Part shown: positions 60,459-64,000 of the stretch, piece after piece
Layout: every line of letters begins with the position of its first letter
Numbering within the stretch: position 1 is the stretch's first letter
From: Anaeramoeba ignava BMAN
Lineage: Eukaryota > Protista > Anaeramoebae
Length of the DNA stretch: 64,000 nucleotides
Assembly (NCBI GenBank): GCA_028826165.1
Contig: JAPDFW010000081.1
Coordinates: 62,001-126,000 of the forward strand
Direction: 5' to 3'
Translations under genes and position numbers: made by a program
Notes under the pieces: model-generated
What the model saw: the letters and a program-made list of their open reading frames with translations, nothing else
Databases searched by the model: none
What the model was told of the DNA's origin: nothing

Positions 60459-60829
60459 AAAATTATATTTGTAAAAAAAAAATGAAAAAAAAAGAAAAAG
60501 AAAAAAAAATGAAAAATATTTTCTTTCTTATTTTTATTGTTAAAAAACTTTTTTTTTTTTAAATTTTTTTTTTCTTTTTTGTTTTTTAATTTTAAATTGA
60601 ATTTGATTTGTAATTTTAAATTTTGATTTAGTTTTTTGTTTTAACAAAAGATCAACTTCTTTTTATTTTTATTTTTATTTTTATTTTTAAAGAAAAAATT
60701 TGATAAGCGAATTTTTTTAAGATAAAAAAAAAGCAAAAGAAATGAAAAAAAAAAAAAGGGGATTAAATTAAAATTGATTAGAAAAAAAAATGGTTCAATT
60801 TAGTAAAGATCTAATTGAAAAAAAAAAAT

Positions 60830-62350
60830 TTAAAAGGAATTTTGATAACAATAAAATATTAAAATCTAGAACCAAATTAAATAAATATAAATTATAAATA
60901 TTGTTTACTTATTATAAAATATAAAAAAATAATTAAAAATATTAAATCAAAATAAAATTAAATCAAAACAAAGATCAAATTGAAAAATTCTTAAAAAAGC
61001 AATTTTGATAATAATAAAATATTAAAATTTAGAATTAAATTAAATAAATATAAATTAATATTACACTTATTATAAAATATAAAAATAATTAAAAATATTA
61101 AATCAAAATAAAATTAAATCAAAACAAAGATCAAATTGAAAAATTCTTGAAAAAGCAATTTTGAGAATAATAAAATATTAAAATTTAGAATTAAATTAAA
61201 TAACTTTAGACATTAAATATTGTTTATTTATTATAAAATATAATAAATTAATTAAAAATAATAAATTAAAATAAAATTAAATCAAAAATCAAAGATCAAA
61301 TTGAAAAATTCTTGAAAAAGCAATTTTGAGAATAATAAAATATTAAAATTTAGAACTAAATTAAATAAATATAAATTATAAATATTGTTTATTTATTATA
61401 AAATATAAAAATTAATTAAAAATAATAAATCAAAATAAAATTAAATCAAAATAAAGATCAAATTGAAAAATTCTTAAAAAAGCAATTTTGAGAATAATAA
61501 AATATTAAAATTTAGAACCAAATTAAATAAATATAAATTATAAATATTGTTTATTTATTATAAAATATAATAAATTAATTAAAAATAATAAATTAAAATA
61601 AAATTAAATCGAAATAAAAATTAAATAAAAAAAAGCAATTTTGAGAATAATAAAAATATTAAAATCTAGAATTAAATTAAATAACTTTAGGCATTAAATA
61701 TTGTTTATTTATTATAAAATATAATAAATTAATTAAAAATAATAAATCAAAATAAAATTAAATCAAAATAAAATTGAAAAATTCTTGAAAAAGCAATTTT
61801 GAGAATAATAAAATATTAAAATCTAGAATTAAATTAAATAAATATAAATTATAAATATTGTTTATTTATTATAAAATAAAAAATAATTAAAAATAATAAA
61901 TCAAAATAAAATTAAATCAAAACAAAGATCAAATTAAAAAATTCTTAAAAAGCAATTTTGAGAATAATAAAATATTAAAATCTAGAACCAAATTAAATAA
62001 ATATAAATTATAAATATTGTTTATTTATTATAAAATATAATAAAATAATTAAAAATAATAAATCAAAATAAAATTAAATCGAAATAAAATTAAATAAAAA
62101 AAAAAGCAATTTTGAGAATAATAAAATATTAAAATCTAGAATTAAATTAAATAACTTTAGGCATTAAATATTGTTTACTTATTATAAAATATAATAAATT
62201 AATTAAAAATAATAAATTAAAATAAAATTAAATCAAAATAAAATTAAATAAAAAAAAAAGCAATTTTGAGAATAATAAAATATTAAAATCTAGAATTAAA
62301 TTAAATAAATATAAATTATAAATATTGTTTACTTATTATAAAATATAAAA
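60830..62350. repeat. ~155-165-bp tandem repeat, about 10 copies
   Basis: 'aaagcaattttgagaataataaaatattaaaatctagaa' recurs near 60835, 60997, 61153, 61318, 61480, 61633, 61790, 61950, 62104 and 62258. Confidence 0.92.
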
Positions 62351-62559
62351 AAAATTAAATTAAAAGGAGAAAAATTAAATTAAATTAAAAGGGGAAAAAT
62401 AAGTTCCAAATAAATAAAAACAAAAAATTTTTTTTTAATTCATTTTCTATTCATTTTCTATTCATTTTCTTTTCAAAATTTTTTTAAAAGTAAAAATAAA
62501 TAAAAATAATAAAAATTAAATTAAAAATTAAAAGTTCACTTTTTTTTTTTAATAGCAAA

Positions 62560-64000
62560 ATGTCAAGATTTAGAAGAACACCATCACCACCAAAAACACC
62601 AACAACCGTATTATCACATTCGAAAACATCAGTTTTACGATTAAGACCACACTTTTTTGTTCATATTTCAGATGAGAATAAGAACACAGTACGATTACTT
62701 GAAGGACCAGTTACTTACACACTTAGTCAACAAGAATCATGTGTTAGAGGACCTGAAGCAATGATTTTAGTCCCACCAGGTCATTATGCAAGAATTGCCA
62801 ATCCAGTCATGAGAGATAAAGATGGAAATCCGATAAAAGATAGTCATGGACAAGTAAAGAAAAAAAAAAGCAAAAAAAAAATTTAAATAAAAATTCTCAT
62901 TTATTTTTTCATTTTGAAATTTTAATTAATGTTTTGATTAGGTTCGATTAAGAAATGGAGATGTTGAGATTGTTTTACACAAACCCGAACCATTTGCACT
63001 TTATCCAGGAGAAGAACTTGAAGGAACTGTAAGAGAGTTTTATTTTAAATTTAATTTTAATTTTAATTTTGATTTTAATTTTAATTTTAATTTTAATTTT
63101 ATTTTAATTTTAATTTAAATTTTAATTTTAATTTTAATTTTAATTTTAATTTTAATTTTAATTTTAATTTTAATTTTAATTTTAATTTTAATTTTAATTT
63201 TAATTTTAATTTTAATTTTAATTTTAATTTTAATTTTAATTTTAATTTTAATTTAATTTTAATTTTAATTTTAATTTTAATTTTAATTTTAATTTTAATT
63301 TTAATTTTAATTTTAATTTTAATTTTAATTTTAATTTTAATTTTAATTTTAATTTTAATTTTAATTTTAATTTTAATTTTAATTTTAATTTTAATTTTAA
63401 TTTTAATTTTAATTTTAATTTTTAATTTTAATTTTAATTTTAATTCTAATTTTTATTTTAATTTAATTTTAATTTTAATTTTAATTTTAATTTTAATTTA
63501 AATTTATTTATTTAATTTTATTTTAATTTTAATTTTATTTTTATTTTATTTTGATTTAGATTACTCCCCTCAAAATTGTATTGGAAGGACAAGCCCTTAG
63601 ATTAGAAGCAATCCGAAACTTCGAAGACACAATTCTCGAAGACAACAAACCGAAGAAAATCAAACGAATTGCAGGGGAACAATGGTATTTCATAGGGCCA
63701 GGAACATATATACCGCGAGTAGAAGTAGCAATCAAAGAAACAGTCCGAAACTCAATCATTTTATCCAACGCAGCATTGAAGTTACGAGCAAGACGGGAAT
63801 GCATTGACTGCGACGGAAAGACACGGAAAACCGGGGAAGAATGGCTTGTGCGACGGGAAGGAGAGTATTTGCCCAACATTGACGAGATTGTAGTGGGACC
63901 CGTGCAAGCAGTTGTGCTTGTTCGAGAAAAAGCGGTTCATTTACAAGCAGTAAAGACATTCAAGGACATTTACGGGGTTGAGCGCAAGGCAGGAGACGAG
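62560..64000 (+). CDS. MVP: Major vault protein, 5' partial; introns 62854-62941 and 63029-63559
   Basis: HFFVHISDENKN.VRLLEGPVTY, VPPGHY..IANPV.RD, GQVRLRNGD.EI, PFALYPGE, AGEQW.FIGPGTYIPRVEV, LKLRARR, GEEWLV...GEYLP: vault repeats. Confidence 0.95.

Noticed and set aside
60830-62350. CRISPR-like array
   Set aside because: Units are full-length tandem copies without unique spacers, there are no cas genes, and the context is eukaryotic.

Overview
Extremely AT-rich, gene-dense eukaryotic DNA with GT-AG spliceosomal introns, (NQ)n/(NE)n-coding hexamer repeats and satellite-filled introns. The style suggests an anaerobic protist, possibly an Anaeramoeba-like metamonad (inference only). About 20 genes can be read: an N/Q/Y-rich orphan, a cyclin E-like cyclin, a five-SH3 protein, a tandem array of five RCC1-BTB genes, an intronless archaeal-type radical SAM/SPASM enzyme (TIGR04084/AF0577-like) convergent with diaminopimelate epimerase (DapF), a ~21-exon CBM-EGF-GH13 alpha-amylase, an orphan with a basic C-terminal domain, a UBE2Q-type E2, a NECAB-like EF-hand/ABM protein, exportin-T, an MCMDC2-like protein, a HEAT/ARM protein, NDRG, bystin, an N/Q-rich orphan, a PAS protein and the 5' part of major vault protein. 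The best candidates for something new are (i) the RCC1-BTB array, whose propeller loops are hypervariable and shuffled between copies while the BTB half is near-invariant and only two copies carry a CaaX anchor, and (ii) the prokaryote-type radical SAM/SPASM and DapF pair. Several 1-nt frameshifts in homopolymers and two garbled exons suggest assembly consensus errors. No tRNA, rRNA, CRISPR array, transposase or intein was recognised. Exon boundaries were read by eye.
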